A stretch of DNA of 64,000 bases from Gloeobacterales cyanobacterium (GTDB lineage Bacteria; Cyanobacteriota; Cyanobacteriia; Gloeobacterales; PMM-0068): NCBI GenBank assembly GCA_038245785.1, contig JBBRSB010000017.1, positions 1 to 64,000 of the forward strand, given 5' to 3'. The translations under genes were made by a program, and so were the position numbers. Below the pieces are notes generated by a model. The model was given only the letters and a program-made list of their open reading frames with translations, ran no database searches and had not been told where the DNA came from. The stretch's first letter is position 1. Each line of letters begins with the position of its first letter. Shown piece by piece: positions 45,605-55,697 of the stretch.

Positions 45605-46291
45605 TCAGACGGATTTCTGAGTTTGCATTTTCAGCAAAGTGATACAGGTCATCAGCCAAAGAAAGCCAACAGAATAGCCTGCCAGTATATCTGTGGGCCA
45701 GTGGACGCCCAAATACAGACGACTAAATCCAATCGCGGCAATAATTCCGATGGCTGCAACATAAATCCAGCGGGAAAACTTAGGTAATTGGGTTGCCAGA
45801 AGATAGGCTAAAAACCCATATATCACGATTGACCCTAGCGCGTGACCGCTGGGAAAGCTAAAAGAGGTTTCATTAATGAGTTGCTGCCAAAGAATAGGAC
45901 GTGGCTTAGCAAAGAGAAGCTTTAGACCTTGATTAAGCACCAAGGCCCCTAAGCAGGCGACCGCGAACATCTTCGCTTGGAGATAGCATTGCTTCCACCA
46001 AAGCCAAATCAGGCTAGCCAGTACGACCCCGACAATGAATCCAGGATTACCCAAGTTCGTGATCCGTAGCATTAAATAATCAAGAACTGGATTGGCCCAC
46101 TGACGTATTCCTAAGAGCAGGGTTTTGTCGAGGCTAAACGTTTCTTTTTCCCATACCTCTTTAAATAGCCAACGCAAGGTAAGCAGAATGATTAAGTAGA
46201 GGGCCAGACTCGTTACACCAATGCTGGCAGTCAATGAGCTTATCTGAGGACTGACACGATGTATCCAGAAATTGACCAGTTTTTTCATCAC
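45605..46291 (-). CDS. PAP2 family phosphatase (undecaprenyl-PP phosphatase-like)
   Basis: K..FAKPRP, SFPSGHA, SRLYLGVHWPTD. Confidence 0.93.
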   Translation of the reverse strand: MMKKLVNFWIHRVSPQISSLTASIGVTSLALYLIILLTLRWLFKEVWEKETFSLDKTLLLGIRQWANPVLDYLMLRITNLGNPGFIVGVVLASLIWLWWKQCYLQAKMFAVACLGALVLNQGLKLLFAKPRPILWQQLINETSFSFPSGHALGSIVIYGFLAYLLATQLPKFSRWIYVAAIGIIAAIGFSRLYLGVHWPTDILAGYSVGFLWLMTCITLLKMQTQKSV

Positions 46292-46417
46292 AGCTCGTAA
46301 ATCTAAGCGCCGATCTCAATGTAGCCAATTAAGACGGGAAGATCTCTTTAGGCTTTTGGTCTCTAGATTTCACGATGGTTTCATCTTTGTGTATCAGTAT
46401 GTAAACCAATCCAGCTC

Positions 46418-46696
46418 GTGAGTGTATTTGCCATGAAGAGAGTAGCCCTGATCGCTATGGTTCTCCTTCTCCAGTTTTCTTATCTGCCCCTAGTTGCTCA
46501 AGCTAGTCCTGAAGAAAAGGCTGTGGGAAAAGCAGCACTCTTCTACCGTCATCTACATATTGCTAGAGGCGATTTTATGAAATCCGCGCCCGTTGAAACA
46601 GCTAAGGCTTGTGAAACGGCACCTCCACAGACACAGCCTGAACCTGTGAAAGCCAATCCCGCAGCGCCTAATAGGTACCCAGGTGGACTTAAATAG
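46418..46696 (+). CDS. Small exported protein leading the Czc-type operon
   Basis: Signal peptide MKRVALIAMVLLLQFSYLPLVAQA; preceded by the TTCAY direct repeat. Confidence 0.6.
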   Translation: MSVFAMKRVALIAMVLLLQFSYLPLVAQASPEEKAVGKAALFYRHLHIARGDFMKSAPVETAKACETAPPQTQPEPVKANPAAPNRYPGGLK

Positions 46697-46772
46697 AAGA
46701 CCCCCTGTAGTCCCCCTTGCCACTAAGCGAAGCCTTCCCGGAGGGTGGGGGACGGCGATAGCCGGGGGTTAT
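46681..46772 (+). repeat. Second copy of the dispersed repeat, carrying an internal insert of about 26 nt
   Basis: Matches the reverse complement of 22212-22273 except for the insert at about 46719-46746. Confidence 0.8.
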
Positions 46773-46791
46773 ATTTGCTTGAATTTGTTTA

Positions 46792-48033
46792 TTGAATCTT
46801 GAGGAGTGTCCATTGAGCAGTCAGACGTGGTTGAGGTATTGGCTGGTTGGTGTCTGTATTTCCGCCTTGGGATTCAGCGTCAGCCCTGTACATGCAGAGC
46901 GTTTGGATTTGAAGCAAGCCGTGGGGCGAGCTTTAGAAAAAGCGCCTGCGCTGCAAGTCAATCAGGCTCAGCTGCGCGTACGCAAGGGGGAGCAACGCAG
47001 TTCTCAGGTTTATCCCTATCAACCGACTTTGGATATCAATACAGGACTGAGGCGCTTGGATGGCGAAGATATTACCCGAGCAGACCTGGGACTGGGCATT
47101 TCCTATGAGATAGAAACGGGAAGTCAGCAACAGGCTCGTCAGGCCCGTGCCAATGCTGGCTTAGAAGCAGGAACACAACGCTTGGCGGTGGGGAGAGCGC
47201 AGGTGGTGCGGGATGCCGCTACGGCCTACACCAAGCTCTGGGCCGCAGAACAATCCTTAGCGCTAGCCCAAAAACGCACTGAGATTGCCCAAAAAATTCT
47301 TCAAGCCCAGCAAGAACAATTTAAAGTCGGTAAAGTCAGCCAGATTCCCGTAAATCTGGCCCAAATCGAGCGGCAACGCGCTGAGGCAGAACGAACCTCG
47401 CGGACGGCGGAGATTAGTCGCTCCCAGCAACTTTTGAAAGCGGCGATTGGAGATTTGAAGGCAGAAGTAATCGAAACTACAGACCTGCCTGCACTTCCTG
47501 CTGTTTCTGTAGATCCGAATAAGAAAGTTCCTGCCCTACTCAGCGCCGAAGCGGAAGTTAATCAAGCCCAGGCAGAACTGCTGTTGGCTAGAGGTCGCAC
47601 TAGTCCGAATATCACGCCAACGCTTAGCTACCGTCGAGAAGGGTTAGACAACGTTTTCTTTGCGGGCGTTTCCTTTCCGCTCACTTCGGTCAACTTCAAC
47701 CAGGGAGCCTTAGATACAGCCCAAGCGCAGATTGAACAAGCCCAAGCCCAAGTGCAAGTGGTGAACAATAGTATCGTCAGCCAAGCTCAGGAAGCACAGA
47801 TTAATCTGCAAGCAGCCCAAAAAGCAACGGAGACTTACCAGGCTTTGAGTGCAACCAGTGAGCAAAACTTCAATCTGGTGCAAGAGGGTTTCCGCTTTGG
47901 CAAGGTTAGCCTTTTTGAATTATTGCTGGCCCAACGGGACAATCTTGATATTCAAAATGCCCTGATCCAAAGTCGTGCCGATGCCTACCTTGCCTATATC
48001 AATTTGCGTAATGCTCAGGGAGAAGACTTATGA
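46792..48033 (+). CDS. TolC/CzcC family outer-membrane efflux protein
   Basis: Signal peptide, OEP repeats, FRFGKVSLFELL; first gene of OMF-MFP-RND. Confidence 0.88.
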   Translation: MNLEECPLSSQTWLRYWLVGVCISALGFSVSPVHAERLDLKQAVGRALEKAPALQVNQAQLRVRKGEQRSSQVYPYQPTLDINTGLRRLDGEDITRADLGLGISYEIETGSQQQARQARANAGLEAGTQRLAVGRAQVVRDAATAYTKLWAAEQSLALAQKRTEIAQKILQAQQEQFKVGKVSQIPVNLAQIERQRAEAERTSRTAEISRSQQLLKAAIGDLKAEVIETTDLPALPAVSVDPNKKVPALLSAEAEVNQAQAELLLARGRTSPNITPTLSYRREGLDNVFFAGVSFPLTSVNFNQGALDTAQAQIEQAQAQVQVVNNSIVSQAQEAQINLQAAQKATETYQALSATSEQNFNLVQEGFRFGKVSLFELLLAQRDNLDIQNALIQSRADAYLAYINLRNAQGEDL

Positions 48034-49277
48034 AACGAATTTTTGTCCCTTTGGCTCTTACTCTGCTGCTAGTCAGTTGCGGCCAATCCAAAGACTCGAT
48101 GAAAGCGGAGAATCCTTCTGAGGCGGGTAAGACTCCAGAAGCTGCTGCCGCTGCTACTGCTAAGCCGAAAGGTAGGGTTACCTTAACGGAACAGATGAAG
48201 AAAAACGCCAATATCCATGTAGAACCTGTCATCCGCCAACCGCTTAGCCAATCCGCCACCTACAGCGCGGTGATCCAACCGTCAGAAACCAGATCTGGAG
48301 CCGTTTCTCCCTTGGTCGGAGGAGTCGTCACCCAGATGCTGGCCGATATTGGAGATCCGGTCCGCAAAGGTCAACCCGTTGCCCTGATCAACACGACCGA
48401 AATAGGCAAGTACCAAGAACAGATTCTTTCCGCTCAGTCACAAGTGCAAGCCGCTCAGTCAGCGCTTAAACTCGCTCAAGGCCGTCGGGAATTGGTACGT
48501 CAAGAAGTCAAGCGCGAAACCTATTTGGTCCAAAAAGGGATTAGTGCCCTGCAAGACCAGCAGCAGGCTCAGGGCAAGCTATCCCTCGCTGAAGTCGATG
48601 TCAGTAATGCCCAGGCGCAAGTGCGTCAGGCTAGAGTCACTGAACAGTCTGCCAAAAGTCAATTGCAAGCCTTGGGGTTCTCGGTAGGGTCTAGCATTTC
48701 GTCAACTCTGACCTTAAGAAGTCCAATCAGTGGCGTAGTCGTCACCCGCAATATTCAACCGGGTCAAGTCGTCAATCCGGGCCAGAGCTTATTTACGATT
48801 GCAGACCTTAGAGAAGTGTGGGTTGTGCTCCAAGTCCCTCAAGCCCAGGCCAGTGCTTTGCCTGATGGCACGCTTATCACTTTCACGACCGAAGCCGCTC
48901 CAGGCAAAGTATTTCGAGGTCGAATCACTGGACGGGCTCAAGATTTTGACCCCCAGACGCGCAACATTGGTATCCGAGCGACGGTCGTCAGTTCTAATCA
49001 ACTTCTCAAGCCAGGTTTAGCGGTCCTTGCTAAGGCTGAAACGAAAGGCACCCCTGCTCTAACTATCCCGACCAGTGCGCTGCAAGAAGTAGAGAAGAAA
49101 GATGTGGTCTTTGTCCAAAAAGGCGATCTCTATCAGCTCAAAAATGTAACCGTAGGTCAGCGTACGCCTCAACGGGTCGAAATCACCCAGGGATTACAGG
49201 CGGGGGAACAGGTGGTGATAGACGGTTCCTTTGTCTTGAAATCAGAACTCCTCAAATCTAGTCTGGGAGGCGAATAG
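48030..49277 (+). CDS. CzcB/CusB-type periplasmic adaptor, lipoprotein
   Basis: Lipobox LVSC, LRSPISGVV, IADL.EVW, GLQAGEQVV.DGSF.LKSEL. Confidence 0.92.
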   Translation: MKRIFVPLALTLLLVSCGQSKDSMKAENPSEAGKTPEAAAAATAKPKGRVTLTEQMKKNANIHVEPVIRQPLSQSATYSAVIQPSETRSGAVSPLVGGVVTQMLADIGDPVRKGQPVALINTTEIGKYQEQILSAQSQVQAAQSALKLAQGRRELVRQEVKRETYLVQKGISALQDQQQAQGKLSLAEVDVSNAQAQVRQARVTEQSAKSQLQALGFSVGSSISSTLTLRSPISGVVVTRNIQPGQVVNPGQSLFTIADLREVWVVLQVPQAQASALPDGTLITFTTEAAPGKVFRGRITGRAQDFDPQTRNIGIRATVVSSNQLLKPGLAVLAKAETKGTPALTIPTSALQEVEKKDVVFVQKGDLYQLKNVTVGQRTPQRVEITQGLQAGEQVVIDGSFVLKSELLKSSLGGE

Positions 49278-49279
49278 GA

Positions 49280-52200
49280 ATGAAGGTTGCTCCTAAATCA
49301 GTGGTTCGGCCTGTAGACGCTGTACGTCCTGAAACAACATATAAAGGTGTTGAAAAATGGGTCTCAGGAGCGCTGCGGCAGCGCGTATTGGTCGTGGTTG
49401 CCCTGGTCCTGGCCGCTGGGATAGGGGCCTATACGTTTTTTCAGCTACGCATTGATGCCGTACCAGATATCTCCAATATCCAAGTTACGGTAACGGCCAA
49501 TGCACGGGGAATGGCTCCTCAGGAATCGGAGCAATACATTACCTATCCGATTGAGAATGCACTCCAGGGGATGCCCCGATTGGTGGAGCTGCGTTCGATT
49601 TCCAAATACGCCCTGTCGCAAGTGACGGCTGTCTTTGAAGATGGGACCGATATCTACTGGGCGAGACAACAGGTTTCTGAGCGCCTGGCTAAAGCTCGAG
49701 ACCAGATGCCTAAGACAGGGGTTTCTGTTGACCTGGGGCCAATTGCGACGGGTTTAGGAGAAATCTATCAATTTGAAGTGCGCGGACCGGGCTACTCTCT
49801 GGCAGAGCTGCGGGATATCCTCGACTGGCAGATTAAGCCTGTCCTCAAATCCTCTGCTGGCGTGGAAGAAGTCCAGTCTATGGGTGGCCAACCCAAGGAG
49901 TATCAAGTCCAGATAGATCCGGACAAGTTGCGCAGTTACGGCTTGACGCTCCATCAGGTGATGACTTCCCTGGAAATGAACAATGCTAACTCTGGGGGCG
50001 GCTATACCGTCGTCAATGGCAACCAGATTCTGCTGAGAGCGGAGGGGTTACTGAAAACTCCGGAAGATATCGGTTCTGTCGTGATCTCAGGCCATGATTC
50101 AGCTTCTGGTCCAGAACCAATGGCTGGACGAAGGAATGACCCAAACATCAGTTCCCAAGTAACCAGTCACGGTGGCGTTATTCGCGTTCAAGATATTGGT
50201 TCTGTCGTTATCGGCAAGAAGCTTTCTCAGAGTGTCGTTACCCAGAACGGTCAGGGTGAAACCACGATTGGCATCGTCGTCATGCGCAAGGGCGAGAACT
50301 CTGAACAGGTCGTCCGAGGGGTTAAGGAAAAGCTCGCAGAACTCGCTCCTAGTTTGCCCAAAGGCGTGAAGATTGTTCCTTTCTATGACCGTTCTGTTCT
50401 GATTGACAAAACGATTGAAACGGTCTGGCACAACTTGGTAGAAGGGGCGATTCTCGTCGTTCTAGTCCTCTTACTGCTTCTGGGCAATCTCCGAGGTGGG
50501 ATTATCGCGGCTTCTGCTATTCCACTGGCGATGATGGGTGCGGTTGGTTTCCTCGTTTTGACCAATACTTCAGGAAATTTACTTTCTCTGGGAGCGATTG
50601 ACTTCGGGATTTTGATCGATGGTTCGGTCGTCATGGTGGAGAATATTCTGCGCCGTTTGGCCGAAGAAAAACCGGAGCCAGAAGACCGCCTAGCGGTGGT
50701 TCAAGAGGCGGCGACGGAAGTAGCCCGTCCGATTCTGTTTGCGGTTGGCATCATCATCGTTGTTTACCTGCCGATTCTCTTTCTCACCGGAGTGGCGGGT
50801 AAAACCTTCCAGCCGATGGCGCTTACGGTCGTTTTTGGTCTGATCACGGCATTGTTTATTGCGCTGTTCATCACGCCTGTCATGGCGTACTTCTTGATTC
50901 GCAAAGCCCCAGAGGAGAAAGAGACTTTTATCCTCAGAGCTGTCCGGCCTGCCTATGAACGAGCCTTGCGATTCTGCACGGGGCATCCTTTGTTGACCGC
51001 TTTGGTGGCTTTGGGCGTTTTTGTTATTAGCCTCTTGCCCATCCCCTTCTTAGGCTCAGAATTTATCCCTAACTTAAAAGAAGGGTCTTTAGTGCTCACG
51101 GTCAATCGCCCGATCTCCGTATCTCTTGCAGAATCGGCCAAACAGACTACGCTCATGGAAAAAGTGGTACGTGAATTTCCGGAAGTGGAGTCTGCCGTGG
51201 CGCGAACAGGTCACTCTGAAGAGGCCTTTGACCCAATGGGACCCGATGAAACAGACTTTTTCATCATGCTCAAACCTCAGTCTGAATGGAAGAATGCTAA
51301 GACGCAGCAGGAACTGGAAGACCTCCTCAGTAAGCGTTTGGCTGAAACCGTACCCGGAGCCGCTATCGCTTTTGGTCAGCCGATTGAGCAACGGATGAAT
51401 GAGTTGATTGCTGGAGCAAAGGGAGATGTGGCAGTTCGTGTCTTTGGACCGGATTTAAAGGTCCTCGCAGAGGTGGGCAATAAGGTCAGTAGGGTCTTGT
51501 CTAAAGTTCAAGGGAGCAGCGACCTGAAAGTCAGTCAGGTAGAAGGCTTGCCTGTGGTCACGACCCGTCTCAATCGCCCCGCTTTGAGTGCCTATGGCGT
51601 GGATGCTCAGGAAGTTTTGGATACTATTTCTTCTGCCGTCGCTGGCAACGTAGTCGGTACGATCTATCAAGGTAAGCCCCGCTATGACCTGAGTGTGCGC
51701 TTTGCACCCCAGAGTGTGACCCAGCTTGATGACTTGAAAAAACTCCCAGTTAGTACGCGCTCTGGGCAAACCATTCCTTTGAGCCAGGTGGCAACGGTAA
51801 CGCTAGAAGATGCTCCAGCCGAGATCGCTCACCAGTCGGGAGACCGGAATCTTCTGGTACAGCTCAACGTGGCCAATCGTGACCTGGGCGGATATATAAC
51901 GGAAGCGCAAAAAGTAGTAAATGAACAAGTGCAGCTGCCTGCTGGTTATCGTTTGCAATGGGGCGGACAGTTTAAAAACCTCCAGGAAGCGCAAGCCCGT
52001 CTCTTTGTTCTAGTCCCTGTGGCCCTCCTCCTGATTTTCACTCTGTTGTATGCCACCTATGGCAGTTTCCGTCCAGGGCTTCTAATCTTCCTCAACATTC
52101 CGCTGGCGCTGTCCGGTGGTTTGATTGCCCTTGCCCTTCGGGGAATGCCTTTATCGGTTACTGCAGGAGTCGGTTTTATCGCGCTCTTTGGTGTAGCCGT

Positions 52201-52522
52201 TCTCAACGGTGTGGTCTTGGTTTCTACGATTCGCAAGTATGAGCAAGAAGAGGGCCTGACGCCAGCACAAGCAGCCTACAAGGGAGCTAGTCTCAGATTG
52301 CGTCCTGTCCTGATGACGGCACTGGTCGCTTCTCTGGGCTTTCTGCCGATGGCCGTAGCTACCAGCCTTGGAGCAGAAGTCCAGCGTCCTTTAGCCACGG
52401 TAGTTATCGGTGGATTGATCACCGCTACAGCGTTGACACTGCTGGTTCTGCCTACTTTGTACCCGGTCATCTGCGGTAGAGATGGTTTTAGGACTCTCTT
52501 TTCCAAGCGTGAGCAAGCGTAA
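49280..52522 (+). CDS. czcA: CzcA/CusA heavy-metal RND permease
   Basis: IDAVPDISNIQV, DIYWARQQV.ERL, GPIATGLGEIYQ, AIDFGILIDGSVVMVEN, RLRPVLMTALVASLGF. Confidence 0.93.
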   Translation: MKVAPKSVVRPVDAVRPETTYKGVEKWVSGALRQRVLVVVALVLAAGIGAYTFFQLRIDAVPDISNIQVTVTANARGMAPQESEQYITYPIENALQGMPRLVELRSISKYALSQVTAVFEDGTDIYWARQQVSERLAKARDQMPKTGVSVDLGPIATGLGEIYQFEVRGPGYSLAELRDILDWQIKPVLKSSAGVEEVQSMGGQPKEYQVQIDPDKLRSYGLTLHQVMTSLEMNNANSGGGYTVVNGNQILLRAEGLLKTPEDIGSVVISGHDSASGPEPMAGRRNDPNISSQVTSHGGVIRVQDIGSVVIGKKLSQSVVTQNGQGETTIGIVVMRKGENSEQVVRGVKEKLAELAPSLPKGVKIVPFYDRSVLIDKTIETVWHNLVEGAILVVLVLLLLLGNLRGGIIAASAIPLAMMGAVGFLVLTNTSGNLLSLGAIDFGILIDGSVVMVENILRRLAEEKPEPEDRLAVVQEAATEVARPILFAVGIIIVVYLPILFLTGVAGKTFQPMALTVVFGLITALFIALFITPVMAYFLIRKAPEEKETFILRAVRPAYERALRFCTGHPLLTALVALGVFVISLLPIPFLGSEFIPNLKEGSLVLTVNRPISVSLAESAKQTTLMEKVVREFPEVESAVARTGHSEEAFDPMGPDETDFFIMLKPQSEWKNAKTQQELEDLLSKRLAETVPGAAIAFGQPIEQRMNELIAGAKGDVAVRVFGPDLKVLAEVGNKVSRVLSKVQGSSDLKVSQVEGLPVVTTRLNRPALSAYGVDAQEVLDTISSAVAGNVVGTIYQGKPRYDLSVRFAPQSVTQLDDLKKLPVSTRSGQTIPLSQVATVTLEDAPAEIAHQSGDRNLLVQLNVANRDLGGYITEAQKVVNEQVQLPAGYRLQWGGQFKNLQEAQARLFVLVPVALLLIFTLLYATYGSFRPGLLIFLNIPLALSGGLIALALRGMPLSVTAGVGFIALFGVAVLNGVVLVSTIRKYEQEEGLTPAQAAYKGASLRLRPVLMTALVASLGFLPMAVATSLGAEVQRPLATVVIGGLITATALTLLVLPTLYPVICGRDGFRTLFSKREQA

Positions 52523-52551
52523 AAAATCTCAGAAAAGTTTTGGAGTTTGCT

Positions 52552-53322
52552 ATGCCGATTATTACCCTCCTCAGTGATTACGGAATTGATAACAGTACAG
52601 TCGGTCTGCTCAAAGGGGTCATTCTTTCTGGGGCTCTTCAGACGATTTTGGTTGACCTGACCCATCAATTGCCCTCCCAAGACCTGATGACGGCTCAATT
52701 TGAGTTGGGCAGGGCCTATCGGTCATTTCCAAAAGGTACCGTTCACTTGGCCGTTGTAGACCCTGGAATTTCTAGCAAAGCGCGACCGGTCGCTTTTCAG
52801 GCAGGAGACTACTTTTTTGTTGGACCGGATAATGGCCTGTTTGAGACGGTTTTACGCCAGGAAGTTGTTTACAAAGCTGTTGTTCTAGAACCATCGCCCC
52901 GTCCAGAGACATTGGGCGTATTCCACGGGCGAGACTGTTATGCTCCGGCTGCTGCTCATCTAAGTCTGGGAAAATCGTTGCAAGATCTTGGTCAGTTTAT
53001 AGATTCTCTATCTCTAAAACGTCTAGAAAAATATGCGCCGCAGCAGGAATCTGGCCATCTCGTGGGCTGGGTACAGCGGGTAGACCCTTTTGGCAATCTG
53101 ATTACCAATGTCCCCAATGCTTGGGTTTTGGTCGAAGAGCACTGGCGGATCCGCCTTGCAGGGCATACCCTGCTCTTTGATCCCGGCAAGATTTACCCTG
53201 AAAGTAGATTGCAGGTTCGCTTAGGAAGTATGGGGTTTATGGAAATTGCCTTTGAGGGAGAATCCGCATCCGACCATCTCAAGGCTGGGACTGGGTGCAA
53301 AGTCGAATGCTTCAAAGCATGA
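52552..53322 (+). CDS. SAM hydroxide/halide adenosyltransferase (DUF62)
   Basis: ITLLSDYG, VDLTH, VHLAVVDPG, GPDNG, FHGRD.YAP, VDPFGNLITN. Confidence 0.9.
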   Translation: MPIITLLSDYGIDNSTVGLLKGVILSGALQTILVDLTHQLPSQDLMTAQFELGRAYRSFPKGTVHLAVVDPGISSKARPVAFQAGDYFFVGPDNGLFETVLRQEVVYKAVVLEPSPRPETLGVFHGRDCYAPAAAHLSLGKSLQDLGQFIDSLSLKRLEKYAPQQESGHLVGWVQRVDPFGNLITNVPNAWVLVEEHWRIRLAGHTLLFDPGKIYPESRLQVRLGSMGFMEIAFEGESASDHLKAGTGCKVECFKA

Positions 53323-53483
53323 CCTAAGGCCCGAAGCTTTAGGCATATAGGCTCAGCCAGTGCCTGAAAGGAGGCTGTAGCCTGTATATAAGAACTTTTG
53401 CATTGTTGACCACGGCGCAGTGCTTTTAATTTATAACTAAATAACGATATAGTAGTAGAAGGACAGGGATTTGGAGGTCGAAG

Positions 53484-54191
53484 ATGAACACGCTACTGTT
53501 TCGCCAATTGTTCGATGCTGAATCCAGTACCTACACGTATCTGATTGCAGATATACCGACCAAGTCAGCCATTCTTGTAGACCCTGTGCTAGAGCAAGTA
53601 GACCGGGACCTGAAGCTGCTTCAGGAACTGGGTCTTACCCTGCGCTACTGTCTAGAAACCCATGTTCATGCTGACCATATCACGGGAACGGCTCGGCTAC
53701 GCGAGGCCACGGGCTGTAAAGGGATTGTCCCTGAGCATGCCCATAATGACTGTGCTGACCGCTTCATCCGAGATGCAGAGAAGTTAGTGCTTGGGCAAAT
53801 CACGATTGAAGCGATAGCCACTCCAGGACATACCGATAGTCATATGGCCTATCTCCTTAATGGTGACCGAGTATTAACGGGAGATGCCCTGCTCATCAGA
53901 GGCTGTGGTCGTACAGATTTTCAAAGTGGCGATGCCGGAACGTTGTTTGACTCCGTAACCAAGAAACTGTTCACCTTGCCCGATGACACGCTAGTCTATC
54001 CGGCTCATGACTATCGAGGCCATACGGTTTCTACCATCGGCGAAGAAAAGCAGTGGAACGCTCGATTTGCCGGTCGTGACCGCCCTGATTTCATCGAGTT
54101 TATGACGCATCTCGTCTTGCCACAGCCCAAAAAAATTATGGAAGCGGTTCCTGCCAATGAGCACTGCGGGAATGTTCCAGTCTCTAAATGA
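53484..54191 (+). CDS. Persulfide dioxygenase (ETHE1-like MBL fold)
   Basis: FRQLFD.ESSTYTY, ETHVHADHITG, TPGHT, GDALLIRGCGRTDFQ, YPAHDY. Confidence 0.93.
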   Translation: MNTLLFRQLFDAESSTYTYLIADIPTKSAILVDPVLEQVDRDLKLLQELGLTLRYCLETHVHADHITGTARLREATGCKGIVPEHAHNDCADRFIRDAEKLVLGQITIEAIATPGHTDSHMAYLLNGDRVLTGDALLIRGCGRTDFQSGDAGTLFDSVTKKLFTLPDDTLVYPAHDYRGHTVSTIGEEKQWNARFAGRDRPDFIEFMTHLVLPQPKKIMEAVPANEHCGNVPVSK

Positions 54192-54237
54192 TCCATTTCC
54201 AAAATCAACGGTTAATCAGAAGAGGTAGAAAGCAAAA

Positions 54238-54450
54238 ATGAACATTCTCCAGGAGCAAAGAGTCCATGAAGTTGATGCCCCAACTCTAAAACAGTGGCTA
54301 GAGCAACAAGCAGTTGTGCTCTTGGATGTACGAGAAGCAGCTGAACATGCCAGAGAGAAGATTCCAGGAGCTATCCATAGCGCTTTGTCCGCCTTCAATC
54401 CAGCGCAGTTGCCGCAAGACCGAAAAGTGGTGTCGGTTAACTCCTTTTGA
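54238..54450 (+). pseudogene. Truncated rhodanese-domain protein
   Basis: LLDVRE..E...KIPGA...LS.F present, but the ORF stops at KVV just before the active-site Cys loop. Confidence 0.75.
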
Positions 54451-54456
54451 GGGGAA

Positions 54457-55251
54457 ATGATGACTTCGCTCTGGTTTATTGGCCATGTCCTAGCTACATT
54501 TATTGGCCTGAGTTTGGGACTAATTGGCGGAGGTGGATCAATTCTCGCTTTGCCAATCTTGGTCTATGTCATGGGAGTCCCCCTCAAACCAGCGGTGGCG
54601 ATGACGCTTATGATTGTGGGGACTGTTAGCTTGCTGGGGATGATTCCTCACTGGCGAGCTGGTAATGTCAACCTCAAAAAAGCTGCTCTGTTTGGCCCTG
54701 CGACTATGGTTGGTGCTTTTTTGGGAGCCCGGCTAGCTGGCCTGGTTACGGATACGTTCCAGATGCTGTTATTTGCGGCGGTGATGCTCATCGCTGCCGC
54801 TCTGATGCTCCGTGACAAAAAAGCGCTCGTACCAACAGGAACTTTAGAAGAGGGCGTCTATGTTGAACCTGTGTGCAAGTACTGCTGGCTATGGCTACTA
54901 ACGGAAGGGGTCGCGGTTGGTGTCCTGACTGGATTGGTTGGGGTCGGAGGTGGTTTTGCCGTGGTTCCGGCCCTGGTCCTTTTGGGAAATACCTCAATGA
55001 AAGAAGCGATTGGTACTTCGCTGTTAATTATTGCCCTGACCTCTATTACAGGTTTTCTGGGCTATCTCGGTCGTGTGGACTTGAACTGGGGACTGATGGG
55101 CTCATTTATCGTGGCTGCAAGTCTCGGGACCGTAGGCGGTGCTTATCTATCTCAGTTTGTCCGAGCGAGTCAACTGCGCAAGGGTTTCGCCTTCTTTCTG
55201 CTGGCGATGGGAGCCTTTATCCTATTCCAAAACCGAACTATATTTTTGTAA
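54457..55251 (+). CDS. TauE/SafE family sulfite exporter
   Basis: GL.LGLIGGGGSILALPIL, GLVGVGGGFAVVPAL, AIGTSL. Confidence 0.93.
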   Translation: MMTSLWFIGHVLATFIGLSLGLIGGGGSILALPILVYVMGVPLKPAVAMTLMIVGTVSLLGMIPHWRAGNVNLKKAALFGPATMVGAFLGARLAGLVTDTFQMLLFAAVMLIAAALMLRDKKALVPTGTLEEGVYVEPVCKYCWLWLLTEGVAVGVLTGLVGVGGGFAVVPALVLLGNTSMKEAIGTSLLIIALTSITGFLGYLGRVDLNWGLMGSFIVAASLGTVGGAYLSQFVRASQLRKGFAFFLLAMGAFILFQNRTIFL

Positions 55252-55697
55252 TCAACCTGGGCCGAAAACTACTCATTGAGATAGCAAGATCACAATAAAA
55301 TTCACAAGATTCGCGCAAAGAAGGTAGCCATTTTTTATTCATATCTAAATGACTTAGATGCTTATTTTTCATGAAAGATAGTGATCTGTAATTTCACATA
55401 ATGCCACTAGCATAGACTGGGACAAGTTATATGATTTTATCTTGAAGATCTACTGATATGCTGACAATTCGCTTTAATAAAGCTATCTGCGAGATAGTCT
55501 GAAATGCTTTCTCCAAAAGCTTTTTGCTTGTTTTAATATATGGATTCTATGCATTTTTTTCTTAGCGTAATGCATGCATCTGACCTTCTGAAAAGCATGT
55601 TATTCCTGATCTTGCGATTTGAATAATTAAAGAGTTCTGATTAAACTCCTCAGTTATTCCTATACAAGTCTGGAAGGTCCGGGATCAATGATAAGGT

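Noticed and set aside
53432..53451. Imperfect TATAAC..GATATA palindrome as an ArsR/BigR operator for the sulfur cluster
   Set aside because: Weak symmetry in AT-rich promoter DNA and no cognate regulator in the window
55381..55397. GTGA...TCAC as a Crp site
   Set aside because: Spacer is 9 nt rather than the 6 nt of TGTGA-N6-TCACA
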